Translations under genes and position numbers: made by a program | Source: an uncultured Winogradskyella sp. | GTDB lineage: Bacteria; Bacteroidota; Bacteroidia; Flavobacteriales; Flavobacteriaceae | Assembly (NCBI RefSeq): GCF_947495255.1 | Contig: NZ_CANLYI010000001.1 | Location: 550,044 to 614,043, forward strand | Reading direction: 5' to 3' | Length of the DNA: 64,000 nt | Notes under the pieces: model-generated | Database searches by the model: none | Told to the model about the DNA's origin: nothing | What the model saw: only the letters and a program-made list of their open reading frames with translations | Shown: one piece after another, positions 11,813 to 20,980 of the stretch | Layout of the letters: the number at the start of each line of letters is the position of its first letter | How positions within the stretch are numbered: position 1 is the stretch's first letter

Positions 11813-11873
11813 AGCAATAAAAACTACACATAGTAGCTAATTTTACAATCTAGCTTTTTTTATTAAACTAATT

Positions 11874-14800
11874 ATGTATTTAAATTGTCACACGTATTAC
11901 AGCCTTCGTTATGGAACCATAAAACCAGAGCAACTCCTTGCTATTGCTTCAGAAAATGGCGTTCAAACGCTTGCATTAACTGATATTAATAGCACGTCTG
12001 CATGCTTAGATGTGTTGCGTTTGTCTAAAAAATATAAAATCAAATCAGTACTTGGTGTCGATTTTAGAAATGGTGCACAACAACAATTCATTCTTATAGC
12101 GAAAAACAATCAAGGGTTTCAAAACATAAACGACTACTTGTCTCAATTTCTTCATAATCACGATTTAAAAATTCCGGAACGACCAGATGAAGATTTAGAC
12201 GATTGCTTCGTGATTTATCCGTATCAAAACGGCATAGATTTTCAATTAAAACCAAATGAGTTTTTAGGTATTACACCTCAAGACCTTAATCGCTTAAAGT
12301 TTTCAAAATGGAATCAATTCAAACACAAACTCGTGGTTTTAAAAACGGTTTCCTTTCAGAATAAAAAAGGATTTAACACACATCGCTTATTGCGTGCTAT
12401 TGATAATAATACCTTGTTAAGTAAACTTCCAAAGTCTGAAGAAGGTAATGAATGCGATATGATGTTACCGTATAATGAACTCTGCGAAACGTATTCCGAA
12501 TTTCCAAAACTCATTAACAATACAAAACAACTTCTAGAAAAGTGTACTACCAATTTTGATTTTGAAAATGCCGAACCTAAAAACCAAAAATGCTTAACAG
12601 AAAATGAAACTTTAGATTATAAATTACTGAAACAATTGACTTACGATGGCATTAATTATCGTTACGAAATAAACGTTGAACAGAAGGTTTATGATCGTAT
12701 TGAAAAGGAACTCACTATTATTAAACAAAAAGGCTTCGTTTCCTATTTTCTTATCAATTGGAAAATCTTAGAATACGCGCGAAGCAAAGATTATTACTAC
12801 GTTGGTCGTGGTAGTGGTGCCAATAGTATTATTGCCTATTTATTGCGGATTACAGATGTGGACCCAATTGAACTCGATTTATATTTTGAACGTTTCATTA
12901 ATCTCTTTCGTCAAAACCCGCCAGATTTCGACCTCGATTTTTCATGGAAAGATAGAGATGACATTACTAATTATATTTTCAAGACCTTTAAACACACAGC
13001 GCTTATTGCAGTTTATAATACCTTTAAATTTAAGGCGTCTGTACGCGAATTAGGAAAAGTATTTGGTTTGCCTAAGTCCGAAATGGATAAACTCACCAGA
13101 GGAAAATATCATATTAATCAGCTCGATAATTTATCGCAACTCGTTATTAAATACAGCACATACATTGAAGGGTTTCCTAATTATTTAGGCATCCATGCTG
13201 GTGGAATTTTAATTTCAGAAGAACCCATTCATACGTATTGCTCCACATTCATGCCACCAAAAGGTTTTGCTACCACACAATTTGATATGGTTGTTGCAGA
13301 AGATATTGGGTTGTATAAATTCGATATTCTAAGCCAACGTGGTTTAGGAAAAATAAAGGAAGCTGTAGAAATTATTGACGAAAATTATAAGAACCAACCA
13401 CCAATTGACATTCATGATATTAAAGGTTTTAAAAAAGATGAACGCATAAAAGACTTACTAAGACACGCCAAAGCTATTGGTTGCTTTTATGTAGAATCGC
13501 CTGCTATGCGTATGCTATTAAAAAAATTACAGGTCGATAATTATTTGGGCTTAGTCGCTGCAAGTTCTATCATTAGACCTGGTGTTGCCAAAAGTGGTAT
13601 GATGCGACAATATATTTTGCGCTATCGTTATCCCGAAAAACGAAAAGAAGCACATCCTGTTTTACAGCAAATTATGCCAGAAACGTATGGTATTATGGTG
13701 TACCAAGAAGATGTGATTAAAGTAGCACACCTCTTTGGTGGTTTAGATTTGGGCGAATCAGATATGTTACGTCGTGGCATGTCTGGGAAATTCCGATCGC
13801 GAGACGAGTTTTTAAAAGTGAAACAAAAATTCTTCGATAATTGTATAAAAGATGGGAAGCCTAAAGATTTAGTTACAGATGTTTGGCGACAAATTGAAAG
13901 TTTTGCAGGTTATGCTTTTGCTAAAGGGCATTCCGCATCGTATGCTGTAGAAAGTTATCAAAGTCTATTTCTAAAAGCCTATTATCCTTTGGAATATATG
14001 ACAGCCACCATCAATAATTTTGGTGGATTTTACAGCACAGAATTATATGTGCACGAAGCCAGAATGCACAATGGTATTATTGAAGCACCATGCATTAATA
14101 GTTCGTTTACACAAGCGATTATAAAAGAGAACACCATTTACTTAGGCTTTATGTTTTTGCAATCCTTAGAAGCTAAAACCATAAATAGAATTCTTAATGA
14201 GCGTGAAGAACATGGTGAATTTCAATCGTTAGACGATTTTATAGAACGGGTGCCAATTTCTATTGAGCAAGTTTCAATTTTAATTAAAATCAACGCCTTT
14301 CGATTTACAAAAATCAATAAACGAGAATTGCTTTGGGAGGCGCATTTAAAGATTAGTAAAACGGTAGTTCAAGAAGAGGTGATTACGCTATTTAAAACCC
14401 CGCGCATTAATTACAGTACACCAGAGTTACCAAGTACTGATTTAGAAAATGCATTTGATGCTATTGAGTTATTAGGCTTTCCGCTTTGTAACCCGTTTTA
14501 TTTATTAGAAAAAAAATCGACCAGCAATTTACGAGCTAAACATTTAACACAATTAGAAGGCAAGCTCATTATCATTGAAGGCTACTTAATTACTACAAAA
14601 AACACAAAAACTGCCAACGGAAAGATGATGTATTTTGGAACATTTTTAGATCGTGATGGTGATTTTTTAGATACGGTTCACTTCCCTCCTATTGCAGCTA
14701 AATATCCATTTAGAGGCAAAGGGATTTATAGCATCATAGGACGTGTAATGGTAGAATTTGATTGTGTGACGATTGAAGTTTCAAAATTTGAACTATTGGC

Positions 14801-14894
14801 TATTATTGAAGACCCTCGTTATTCAGTAAAATCCTTGAATCCAACATTTCAGAATAAACGAAGTTTTACAGATTTGAAAAGAGCCATCAGTTAA
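11874..14894 (+). CDS. dnaE2: Error-prone DNA polymerase III alpha-like subunit (DnaE2 type)
   Basis: 1006 aa. N-terminal PHP domain, GRGSGANS, catalytic PDFDLDF, C-terminal OB region. Next to a LexA-like repressor and a Y-family polymerase. Confidence 0.8.
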   Translation: MYLNCHTYYSLRYGTIKPEQLLAIASENGVQTLALTDINSTSACLDVLRLSKKYKIKSVLGVDFRNGAQQQFILIAKNNQGFQNINDYLSQFLHNHDLKIPERPDEDLDDCFVIYPYQNGIDFQLKPNEFLGITPQDLNRLKFSKWNQFKHKLVVLKTVSFQNKKGFNTHRLLRAIDNNTLLSKLPKSEEGNECDMMLPYNELCETYSEFPKLINNTKQLLEKCTTNFDFENAEPKNQKCLTENETLDYKLLKQLTYDGINYRYEINVEQKVYDRIEKELTIIKQKGFVSYFLINWKILEYARSKDYYYVGRGSGANSIIAYLLRITDVDPIELDLYFERFINLFRQNPPDFDLDFSWKDRDDITNYIFKTFKHTALIAVYNTFKFKASVRELGKVFGLPKSEMDKLTRGKYHINQLDNLSQLVIKYSTYIEGFPNYLGIHAGGILISEEPIHTYCSTFMPPKGFATTQFDMVVAEDIGLYKFDILSQRGLGKIKEAVEIIDENYKNQPPIDIHDIKGFKKDERIKDLLRHAKAIGCFYVESPAMRMLLKKLQVDNYLGLVAASSIIRPGVAKSGMMRQYILRYRYPEKRKEAHPVLQQIMPETYGIMVYQEDVIKVAHLFGGLDLGESDMLRRGMSGKFRSRDEFLKVKQKFFDNCIKDGKPKDLVTDVWRQIESFAGYAFAKGHSASYAVESYQSLFLKAYYPLEYMTATINNFGGFYSTELYVHEARMHNGIIEAPCINSSFTQAIIKENTIYLGFMFLQSLEAKTINRILNEREEHGEFQSLDDFIERVPISIEQVSILIKINAFRFTKINKRELLWEAHLKISKTVVQEEVITLFKTPRINYSTPELPSTDLENAFDAIELLGFPLCNPFYLLEKKSTSNLRAKHLTQLEGKLIIIEGYLITTKNTKTANGKMMYFGTFLDRDGDFLDTVHFPPIAAKYPFRGKGIYSIIGRVMVEFDCVTIEVSKFELLAIIEDPRYSVKSLNPTFQNKRSFTDLKRAIS

Positions 14895-14914
14895 AGAATT
14901 TTAAAAACAGTATT

Positions 14915-15040
14915 TCGTCACTTCGAGTGAATTTGCAAAGCATGAGCAAATTTATATCGAGAAGCTTTCATTAATCATAAGGTTCTCGATACAACCATTT
15001 TTTCCGCTTTAGCTACAAAAATTGCCACTCGAACTGACGA
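14915..15040. repeat. Nested palindromic REP/MITE-like intergenic element
   Basis: Outer arms tcgtcacttcgagtg (14915-14929) / cactcgaactgacga (15026-15040) match 14 of 15. Inner arms tatcgagaagc (14955-14965) / ggttctcgata (14981-14991) match 10 of 11. There is an extra local hairpin aatttgc/gcaaatt (14930-14952). Arm fragments recur at 21046-21059 and 23688-23700. Confidence 0.6.
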
Positions 15041-15067
15041 CAATTATAAAAACAACCTCTTAAATAC

Positions 15068-15099
15068 CTACAAGGCTTTAGAAGTCTTGCAGAAAATCC
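15068..15099. repeat. Degenerate copy of the CTACAAGG...CCTTGCAG hairpin repeat
   Basis: ctacaaggctttagaagtcttgcagaaaatcc resembles the reverse complement of 20860-20898 and 20981-21013. Confidence 0.4.
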
Positions 15100-15118
15100 A
15101 AATTATCCCAAATTAAAA

Positions 15119-16336
15119 ATGAACAGAAACCGCAGCATTGTACACATGGATTTAGACACGTTCTTTGTATCGTGCGAAAGACATATGGATAGCAGCCTTA
15201 ACGGAAAACCGATTCTTATTGGTGGCACAAGCGACAGAGGGGTTGTGGCGTCTTGTAGTTATGAAGCGCGTACTTTTGGTGTTCATTCTGCGATGCCAAT
15301 GCGTATGGCAAAACAATTGTGCCCAGAAGCTATTGTACTCAGAGGAAACTCTGGTATTTACACCAAGTTTTCTAATGCTGTTACTGATGTTATTAAAGAG
15401 AGTGTTCCTCTTTATGAGAAAACATCTATTGACGAGTTTTATATGGATCTTACCGGAATGGATAAGTTTTTTGGTTGCCATAAATTGGCTTCAGAATTAC
15501 GCCATAAAATTATAAGAGAAACTGGTTTACCTATTTCCTTTGGTTTATCACTTAACAAAACGGTTTCAAAAATTGCGACTGGAGAAGCCAAACCCAACAA
15601 CGAGATTCGGATTCTTTATGGTAATGAAAAACGATTTTTAGCACCACTTTCGGTTAAAAAGATTCCGATGGTTGGTAATGTCACTTATAAAGCGTTGTGC
15701 GATTTGGGTGTAAAACGCATTCATACTATACAAGAAATGCCTATACAATTAATGCATAAAGTATTGGGTAAAAATGGCCTTGTCATTTGGAAAAAAGCAA
15801 ATGGCATAGACAACTCGCCTGTAGTGCAATACCACGAGCGTAAATCTATTTCAACAGAGCGTACTTTTAATCAAGACACTACAGATGTTGCTAAACTTAA
15901 AGGTATGGTAGTTGCTATGGCAGAAAATTTGGCGTATCAGTTACGTCGTGGTCATAAATTAACGGCTTGCGTGACCTTTAAGATTCGGTATTCAGATTTT
16001 CAAACGTACACACAACAGCAACGTATTCCTTACAGTGCCATGGACCATATGCTTATTCCTGTGGTATTGGGTTTATTCAAAAAACTGTATCATCGTAGGC
16101 TTTTAGTACGACTGATTGGTGTAAAATTTAGTCATTTGGTAGAAGGAGGCCATCAAATAAATCTATTTGAAGACAATGAAATGCACCTCAACCTAACCAA
16201 CGCTATGGACAAAATGCGCGAACGTTATGGAGACAGAGCTGTAATGAGTGCTGCTGGTATGGAAGCAAAAACTATAAGTCGTTTTAATCCTTTTAATGGC
16301 GAACCGCCTCCTTTGTTACCAAATCGACGACGATAA
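15119..16336 (+). CDS. dinB: Y-family DNA polymerase (Pol IV type)
   Basis: 405 aa. Catalytic motifs HMDLDTFFVSCE and SIDEFYMDL are present, so it looks catalytically competent rather than ImuB-like. Confidence 0.85.
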   Translation: MNRNRSIVHMDLDTFFVSCERHMDSSLNGKPILIGGTSDRGVVASCSYEARTFGVHSAMPMRMAKQLCPEAIVLRGNSGIYTKFSNAVTDVIKESVPLYEKTSIDEFYMDLTGMDKFFGCHKLASELRHKIIRETGLPISFGLSLNKTVSKIATGEAKPNNEIRILYGNEKRFLAPLSVKKIPMVGNVTYKALCDLGVKRIHTIQEMPIQLMHKVLGKNGLVIWKKANGIDNSPVVQYHERKSISTERTFNQDTTDVAKLKGMVVAMAENLAYQLRRGHKLTACVTFKIRYSDFQTYTQQQRIPYSAMDHMLIPVVLGLFKKLYHRRLLVRLIGVKFSHLVEGGHQINLFEDNEMHLNLTNAMDKMRERYGDRAVMSAAGMEAKTISRFNPFNGEPPPLLPNRRR

Positions 16337-16376
16337 ATTATTGTATAAGACTTAAAAACTCTCAAAATCTTTATTT

Positions 16377-16384
16377 TATATTTG
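16377..16384 (+). promoter_or_regulatory. -7 promoter box (tatatttg) just upstream of the 16390 ORF
   Basis: Exact TAnnTTTG ending 5 nt before the ATG, which implies a very short or absent leader. Confidence 0.35.
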
Positions 16385-16389
16385 AAAAT

Positions 16390-16935
16390 ATGAAACCCAA
16401 TATCATTTCAGAAAGTCCCAGACCTATTTGGCAGATACCTATTGCTGCATTATTTTTTACTATAACCACACTATTAATATTACTTGCATTATACCAAATA
16501 GAGTTTACTGAAAAAGGATTAATAATATTTCTACATAGAATTAAGCCATGTATTTTTTTCGTATCAATAGGTATTGGATTTACCTTAACAAAAAGTATTC
16601 ATATTGATATAGAAAACTCAAAATTTAGACCAACCTATAATATTGGTCCTTTAAAAATAGGTTCTTGGCAAACCATTAAAAATTATGAATACGTATCAGT
16701 ATTTCATCAACCAATAATAGGAGGCGATTATATTTTTGAAGTGAATCTGTGGTACGACAACAACAAACATTTTGAGTTATATGAAGAAGATAATTACAAA
16801 GAAGCCTTCCTCATAGGTTATGAACTTTCAGAACAATTAAACATCGATTTGTTAGATGCTACAGAACCCAACAACTTTAAATGGGTTGATAAAGACAAGT
16901 GGAAAACCAAAATGGCAAAAGGTAGTATTGAATGA
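16390..16935 (+). CDS. Small two-TM membrane protein of unknown function (paralog of 23719-24192)
   Basis: 181 aa. Two hydrophobic segments followed by a soluble domain. Shares EYVSVF, VNL-Y, (E/D)AF and LDAT strings with the 23719 ORF. Confidence 0.6.
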   Translation: MKPNIISESPRPIWQIPIAALFFTITTLLILLALYQIEFTEKGLIIFLHRIKPCIFFVSIGIGFTLTKSIHIDIENSKFRPTYNIGPLKIGSWQTIKNYEYVSVFHQPIIGGDYIFEVNLWYDNNKHFELYEEDNYKEAFLIGYELSEQLNIDLLDATEPNNFKWVDKDKWKTKMAKGSIE

Positions 16936-16992
16936 TTCTATTCTAAACTTGCCAGGTTTTATAAACCTGCTAAGTCTTACTATCTTTACCAA

Positions 16993-17409
16993 ATGAAAGA
17001 AACATTCATCACCATAGCCAGATTCCCCTATTCTACAGAAGCACAAATCGCAAAAGGACGGTTAGAAGCAGATGGTATCGACGTTTTTTTAAGAGATAAT
17101 CTTACCATAGACACTGACCCTTTGGTGAGCCAAGCAATTGGAGGCGTAAAATTAAAAGTACTTGCTAAAGATGAAGAAAAAGCGCGAGCAATCTTAAAAT
17201 CAATTAAAGCCTATTCTGTAGATAATGACGGGCATCCTATTGTTTGTCCCAATTGTAAAGGCGAACATATTGAAATGTACACCACCATTAATAGTTTTAA
17301 ATCCTTGATGTCTTTTTTAATTGGCCTCTTGTTCTTCACACTACCCTTTAGCGCGCGCTACCAATACAAATGTGAGGATTGTAATACTGAATTTCCTATT
17401 AAAGATTAA
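16993..17409 (+). CDS. DUF2007-like protein with a C-terminal zinc-ribbon/TM extension
   Basis: 138 aa. N-terminus resembles the DUF2007 fold (ARFPYSTEAQIAKGRLEADGI...). CPNC...CEDC Cys pairs flank a hydrophobic segment. Confidence 0.55.
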   Translation: MKETFITIARFPYSTEAQIAKGRLEADGIDVFLRDNLTIDTDPLVSQAIGGVKLKVLAKDEEKARAILKSIKAYSVDNDGHPIVCPNCKGEHIEMYTTINSFKSLMSFLIGLLFFTLPFSARYQYKCEDCNTEFPIKD

Positions 17410-18895
17410 TGACCTTTGTATAAGCACTTTTCAACTTCCTAATCACAATTTCGAGTTCTTCTTCGTTTAAATGTCCAAAACCAAAACGAATAGCACAGGT
17501 GTTTTTATCTTGATATAAAATAGTTTTAGGCAGAAACAAATCTAATTTTTCAGCTTCTTCGGCAAGTTTTACTAACGAAATAGACACAACAAATCGCAAC
17601 CAGATTGCTAAACCACCAGAGGGTGTTTCCCAAGTAATGACATCTTCAAAATAAGAGCCTAAATAATGGCACAAACGATCACGGCGCTGTTTGTAAGTGA
17701 CAATGTTTTTTTTCTTAAGTCGGTATATTTCACCTTCAGAAATCAATTCGGCAAGCATTTGCTCTTGTATTAAATCCCCTTGTTTATCTAGTAATTGCAA
17801 GTAGTTTTTAGCTTCCGAAATTAAATTTTCTGGTGCAACCACAAAACCTGTGTGAAAACTTGGAAATAACGACTGACCTAATTTGCCTAAATAAATAACC
17901 ATACCACTAACGTCTGCACTTGCCATAGGTAACATAGCTGAACCATCATACTGAAAATCGTAATCGTAGTCATCTTCTATAATAGCAAATCCATGCATTT
18001 TTGCCAATTGTAATAATTGCAATCGTCGTTTTGCACTCAACGTTACCGTTGTAGGATAATCTCTATTAGCACAAACATACACACAGCGTATACTTCCTTT
18101 TACAAAATGCTTTTTTATGTAGTCTATATCTAAACCTTCACTATCAACAGGAATCGTTCGAATGGTTGCACCTGCTTGTTGAAAAATCATGTTAGCTGCA
18201 TAATTACTCAACTGCCCAACCAACACCAAATCATCCTGTTTAATTAATAACCGTGAGACTATATACAGACTCATTTCTGTACTTCGTGTATTGACTAAAT
18301 TATTTGGTTTTATATGAAATCCGCGAGTTGCATTTAAATAATTACAGAGTTGTGTACTAAAAACCGATGGTATTAATGCACTTGTTCTATTCCATTTATT
18401 AATTAATGGTTTCCGTTTCATGGCTGCGCTATACCATCTTGAAAATTGATAAACAGGATGTAATCGTAAATCGGGTTTACCATCACTTATAGCATATGTT
18501 GCAGATGTTTCTTCAGTTGTTGAAGCTAAATTAAACGACTGTTCAAAAGGAAAACCAGCCACTTTTGGATACGTATAAGCTTGATGAATTTGCTGAGTCG
18601 AAGCTTTAATTTTTGTGTCTGACACCTCTGGTATTAAAACAAACGTGCCCTTATTAGCCACAATATCTACCCAACCTTGCGATGCCAATTCGTCGTAAAT
18701 AGCAACTGCAGTATTTCTGTGAATGTTTAACAACTCACTTATAACACGTGTTCCTGGCAATTTGCTGCCTTTTTCTAAATAACCACGTTGTATCGCATTT
18801 ATAACTTGCTGTGCTACTTGTATATAAACAGGTTTCACAATAGTTTTGTCGAATGTAATAAGTTGTTTTAATATATCGCTAACCGGACTATTCAT
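17399..18895 (-). CDS. MocR/PdxR-type GntR-family regulator with an aminotransferase-like effector domain
   Basis: 498 aa. N-terminal winged HTH (...LPGTRVISELLNIHRNTAVAIYDEL...) plus a roughly 350-aa fold-type-I aminotransferase-like C-terminal domain. Confidence 0.85.
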   Translation of the reverse strand: MNSPVSDILKQLITFDKTIVKPVYIQVAQQVINAIQRGYLEKGSKLPGTRVISELLNIHRNTAVAIYDELASQGWVDIVANKGTFVLIPEVSDTKIKASTQQIHQAYTYPKVAGFPFEQSFNLASTTEETSATYAISDGKPDLRLHPVYQFSRWYSAAMKRKPLINKWNRTSALIPSVFSTQLCNYLNATRGFHIKPNNLVNTRSTEMSLYIVSRLLIKQDDLVLVGQLSNYAANMIFQQAGATIRTIPVDSEGLDIDYIKKHFVKGSIRCVYVCANRDYPTTVTLSAKRRLQLLQLAKMHGFAIIEDDYDYDFQYDGSAMLPMASADVSGMVIYLGKLGQSLFPSFHTGFVVAPENLISEAKNYLQLLDKQGDLIQEQMLAELISEGEIYRLKKKNIVTYKQRRDRLCHYLGSYFEDVITWETPSGGLAIWLRFVVSISLVKLAEEAEKLDLFLPKTILYQDKNTCAIRFGFGHLNEEELEIVIRKLKSAYTKVINL

Positions 18896-18992
18896 TGTTT
18901 TAAAACTGGACTAGTTTAATCGTCCGGAAAGTTACGACTTTTGCACAATAAAATTAAATGATGCAATAACAACCATTGCAAAACTCAAATAG

Positions 18993-20822
18993 ATGAAAAA
19001 TTCAATCTTACTTTTTACATTATTATCATTTAGCGTTTTTACTCTAAACGCTCAAGAAGAACTACCTGTAATTAAAACCGATTCATTAAGTGAAGTCGTT
19101 ATTATTTCATCTCGAATTGATTTACCCTTCAAAGAAAATTCTAGATCCATAAATATTATTACTGCGACAGATATTAAAAATAGTTCAGCGACTACCATTG
19201 CAGATTTATTACAACAAGTTGCTGGTGTTGATATTAGAAGACGTGGAACTGGCGGAAGTCAGGCAGATTTATTTATTAGAGGTGGTGGTTTTGACCAAAC
19301 ACTTTTATTAATTGATGGTATAAAAATGGACGATGCCCAAACAGGACATCATACCATGAATGCGTCGTTACCACTAGAAGTAATAAAGCGCATAGAAATT
19401 ATAAAAGGGCCTGCTGCTAGAGTTTTTGGACAAAATGCATTTACAGGTGCCATTAATATAGTCACTAAATCTAACTTAAGTAATTCCGTTTCTGCAAATT
19501 TAGAAGCTGGTTCTTTTGGGCAGCTTAATGGTTCTGTAACTGTTGGGTCAGAATTAGAAAACTCAACACATATTTTTCATGCTGGAAAAATGACGTCTGA
19601 TGGCTATCGAAATAATTCAGATTATGAAAATTCAAACTATTTCTTAAAAAGTGTTTTCAACAAAAAAACACAACCTATTGAAATGATTGCAACGTTTTTC
19701 GATAAAAAATTCGGTGCTGAAAATTTCTACACCACCAATGCTACTTTTAATGAATACGAAGAAACTCAAAACAGTTTATTAGCATTCACTACTAAATTTC
19801 AATCTAAAAGATTCAAAATTCAACCAAGAATCTACTGGAAACGTAATCAAGATATGTTTCTTTTAAGACGTTATGAACCTGGCTTTTATAGAAACTTTCA
19901 TATTTCTAATAAAATTGGAGCTGAAGCCAATGCGTCTTATAAATCAGAGTTCGGTGAAACTGGTTTCGGAATCGATATGTCTAAAACCTATTTACGAAGT
20001 AATAATTTAGGCCATCGTAATCGTTTTATGACAACACTATTTTTAGAACACAGATTTCAGTTTATAGATAACCGATTAGACATTACACCTGGTGTTGCTA
20101 TGACGTATTTCTCAGATTTTAAATTTAATGGTTTTCCTGGATTAGATGTTGGTTTTGATATTACCAATAACCTAAAAGCCTATGGAAATATTGGTTTTAC
20201 ATACAGAATTCCGACCTACACAGATTTATATTACAGTGACCCAAGCACCAACGGGAATCCAGATTTAGAACCAGAAGAAGCTTTTGCACAAGAACTCGGA
20301 ATTAAATACATCACACCGAAATTTAGAGCCACTTTAGCTGTTTTTAATAGAGATGCAGATAATCTAATAGATTACATTAGACCAAATACAACCGAAAATT
20401 TTACTGCGACCAACATTACAGAAGTGAACACCAAAGGGTTTGAATTTGATGCTGCTTATAATTTTAAGCTCAACAATTTTAACCAAACCTTAGCGATAGG
20501 CTATTCGTATTTAGATGATAATATTTTAGACCAAAACGAAGAATTATCGCGTTATTCTCTAAACACCTTAAAACATCATTACACAACAAGATTGAGTACT
20601 AAACTATTCGAAAATGTGAGCCAGAATATCGTTTACAAATACGCTGAACGTACCACAGGACAAACGTACAACGTCTGGGATGCCTCTATAGTAATGAGCT
20701 TAAAACAAGTTGAATTATCAATCACAGCAAGTAATATTTTTGATGCTGATTATATTGAATCTGGCTTTACTCCAATGCCTCCAAGTAATGTGTTGTTTGG
20801 TATGCGTTACAAATTCCTGTAA
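18993..20822 (+). CDS. Small TonB-dependent receptor (BtuB/CirA-size class)
   Basis: 609 aa. Signal peptide, plug motifs (IDGIKMDD...), C-terminal ...GMRYKFL. Confidence 0.88.
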   Translation: MKNSILLFTLLSFSVFTLNAQEELPVIKTDSLSEVVIISSRIDLPFKENSRSINIITATDIKNSSATTIADLLQQVAGVDIRRRGTGGSQADLFIRGGGFDQTLLLIDGIKMDDAQTGHHTMNASLPLEVIKRIEIIKGPAARVFGQNAFTGAINIVTKSNLSNSVSANLEAGSFGQLNGSVTVGSELENSTHIFHAGKMTSDGYRNNSDYENSNYFLKSVFNKKTQPIEMIATFFDKKFGAENFYTTNATFNEYEETQNSLLAFTTKFQSKRFKIQPRIYWKRNQDMFLLRRYEPGFYRNFHISNKIGAEANASYKSEFGETGFGIDMSKTYLRSNNLGHRNRFMTTLFLEHRFQFIDNRLDITPGVAMTYFSDFKFNGFPGLDVGFDITNNLKAYGNIGFTYRIPTYTDLYYSDPSTNGNPDLEPEEAFAQELGIKYITPKFRATLAVFNRDADNLIDYIRPNTTENFTATNITEVNTKGFEFDAAYNFKLNNFNQTLAIGYSYLDDNILDQNEELSRYSLNTLKHHYTTRLSTKLFENVSQNIVYKYAERTTGQTYNVWDASIVMSLKQVELSITASNIFDADYIESGFTPMPPSNVLFGMRYKFL

Positions 20823-20859
20823 AAACAGGAATCTCATAAATTGAAACTAAATTCTCATC

Positions 20860-20898
20860 GTCATAATCCTGCAAGGTCTTTTTTAGACCTTGTAGAAT
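20860..20898. repeat. Hairpin repeat (GTCATAATCCTGCAAGG...CCTTGTAGAAT)
   Basis: 10-bp stem ctgcaaggtc / gaccttgtag (one G-U pair), 7-nt loop. Related copies at 15068-15099 and 20981-21013. The leader resembles the GTCATT..CTGCGAAGGCAG repeats. Confidence 0.5.
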
Positions 20899-20915
20899 AG
20901 CCTATAATATAAAAA

Positions 20916-20955
20916 AACACCTCTAAAATCCCCTCAAGGGGACTTTAGAGGTGTT
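20916..20955 (-). terminator. Strong hairpin oriented as a leftward rho-independent terminator
   Basis: 17 of 18 positions pair (aacacctctaaaatcccc / ggggactttagaggtgtt) with a tcaa loop. The A7 run on the plus-strand 5' side reads as a T-run after the hairpin on the minus strand. Confidence 0.5.
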
Positions 20956-20980
20956 AACAAATTTGGATTTCTATACAAAA

